A stretch of 64,000 nucleotides of DNA from an uncultured Chloroflexia bacterium (lineage in GTDB: Bacteria; Chloroflexota; Anaerolineae; CG2-30-64-16), in NCBI GenBank assembly GCA_963810095.1, contig CAWEMM010000009.1, positions 1 through 64,000 on the forward strand, written 5' to 3'. The stretch's first letter is position 1. Every line of letters starts with the position of its first letter. Of the stretch, positions 63,536 to 64,000 are shown piece by piece. A program made the translations under genes and the position numbers. The notes under the pieces are model-generated. The model had not been told where the DNA came from, did not search any database, and saw nothing but the letters and a program-made list of their open reading frames with translations.

Positions 63536-64000
63536 ATGAGCAGCGAGAGTATGACGCCGAGAGAGCGCTGGCTGGCCGTGTTGGCGCGGCAGAAGCCCGA
63601 CCGCGTGCCGATGGACTACTGGGCGACGCCGGAATTCAGCGCGAAGTTGATCCGTCATCTTGGTTTCAGCCGGCGGGGAGAGCAGGCGTTGATCGGGATG
63701 CTGAGCCGCGGCGAACGGATGGCGGGCCGCCTGAACGAGGGCCGGCTCGCCCTTCGGCGGGCCCTGCAATGCCTGAAAGTGGACTTCGTCGTGCAAGCCG
63801 CGCCGCGCTACGTTGGCCCAAGGCTGCCCGCCGATACGGACGTCTTCGGGTGCACGTACCGTGAAGTCGAGTATGGCACGGGAACGTATTCTGAAGTAGT
63901 CGCGCATCCGCTTGCACCGTACGGCTCGGTGGAGCAGATTGCCGCGAACTACCGCTGGCCCTCGCCAGATTGGTATGACTACCGAGGAATTCGGAACCAG
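63536..64000 (+). CDS. Uroporphyrinogen decarboxylase / MtaA-CmuA family protein, 3' end outside the window
   Basis: MTPRERWLAVLARQKPDRVPMDYWATPE...DVFG..Y..V.YGTG.Y.E...HPLA......I...YRWPSPDWYDY. Confidence 0.8.
   Translation, partial: MSSESMTPRERWLAVLARQKPDRVPMDYWATPEFSAKLIRHLGFSRRGEQALIGMLSRGERMAGRLNEGRLALRRALQCLKVDFVVQAAPRYVGPRLPADTDVFGCTYREVEYGTGTYSEVVAHPLAPYGSVEQIAANYRWPSPDWYDYRGIRNQ

Overview
GC-rich bacterial window, probably Chloroflexota (Anaerolineae/Caldilineae-like; inferred from gene content and the Val-rich lipoprotein linker). At least 15 genes carry single-base frameshifts, most simply explained as long-read indel errors. Layout: (1) 1-3177, end of a glycyl-radical-enzyme (GRE) operon: GRE, a PfkA-fold protein with its catalytic and F6P-binding motifs rewritten, the activase and a cupin. 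(2) 3536-19583, a co-oriented cluster of unknown purpose: ppk2, P-type ATPase, SulP, glgX, GH63-like glucosidase, DUF6325, SHOCT, DUF1269, two paralogous membrane proteins and an arylsulfatase. (3) 19648-30368, a MalT-like LuxR fragment, DUF4386, two MDR oxidoreductases, a candidate C-GCAxxG-C-C selenoprotein, ICMT and an ABC exporter. (4) 30630-39573, a redox/envelope block: a truncated Mo-enzyme, a His-rich membrane protein, a triple-fasciclin lipoprotein with 432-bp near-perfect repeats, DoxX, a candidate UxxC peroxiredoxin-like selenoprotein, a staygreen/TlpA chimera and LysR-TSUP-DUF1634-lgt. (5) 40204-41408, a diverged 1.2-kb duplicate of 14587-15790. (6) 43801-64000, a glycan-utilisation locus with a cytoplasmic LacI-sensor/His-kinase/REC/AraC hybrid regulator, GH29-like, Opp-type ABC, GH78, GH106-like, DUF5703 and a UroD/MtaA-family gene. 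Best novelty candidates: the GRE plus pseudo-PFK system, the two in-frame-UGA selenoprotein candidates and the duplicated DUF6325-SHOCT unit with a conserved structured leader. No rRNA, tRNA, CRISPR array or transposase was recognised. Family names come from motif recognition, not database searches.
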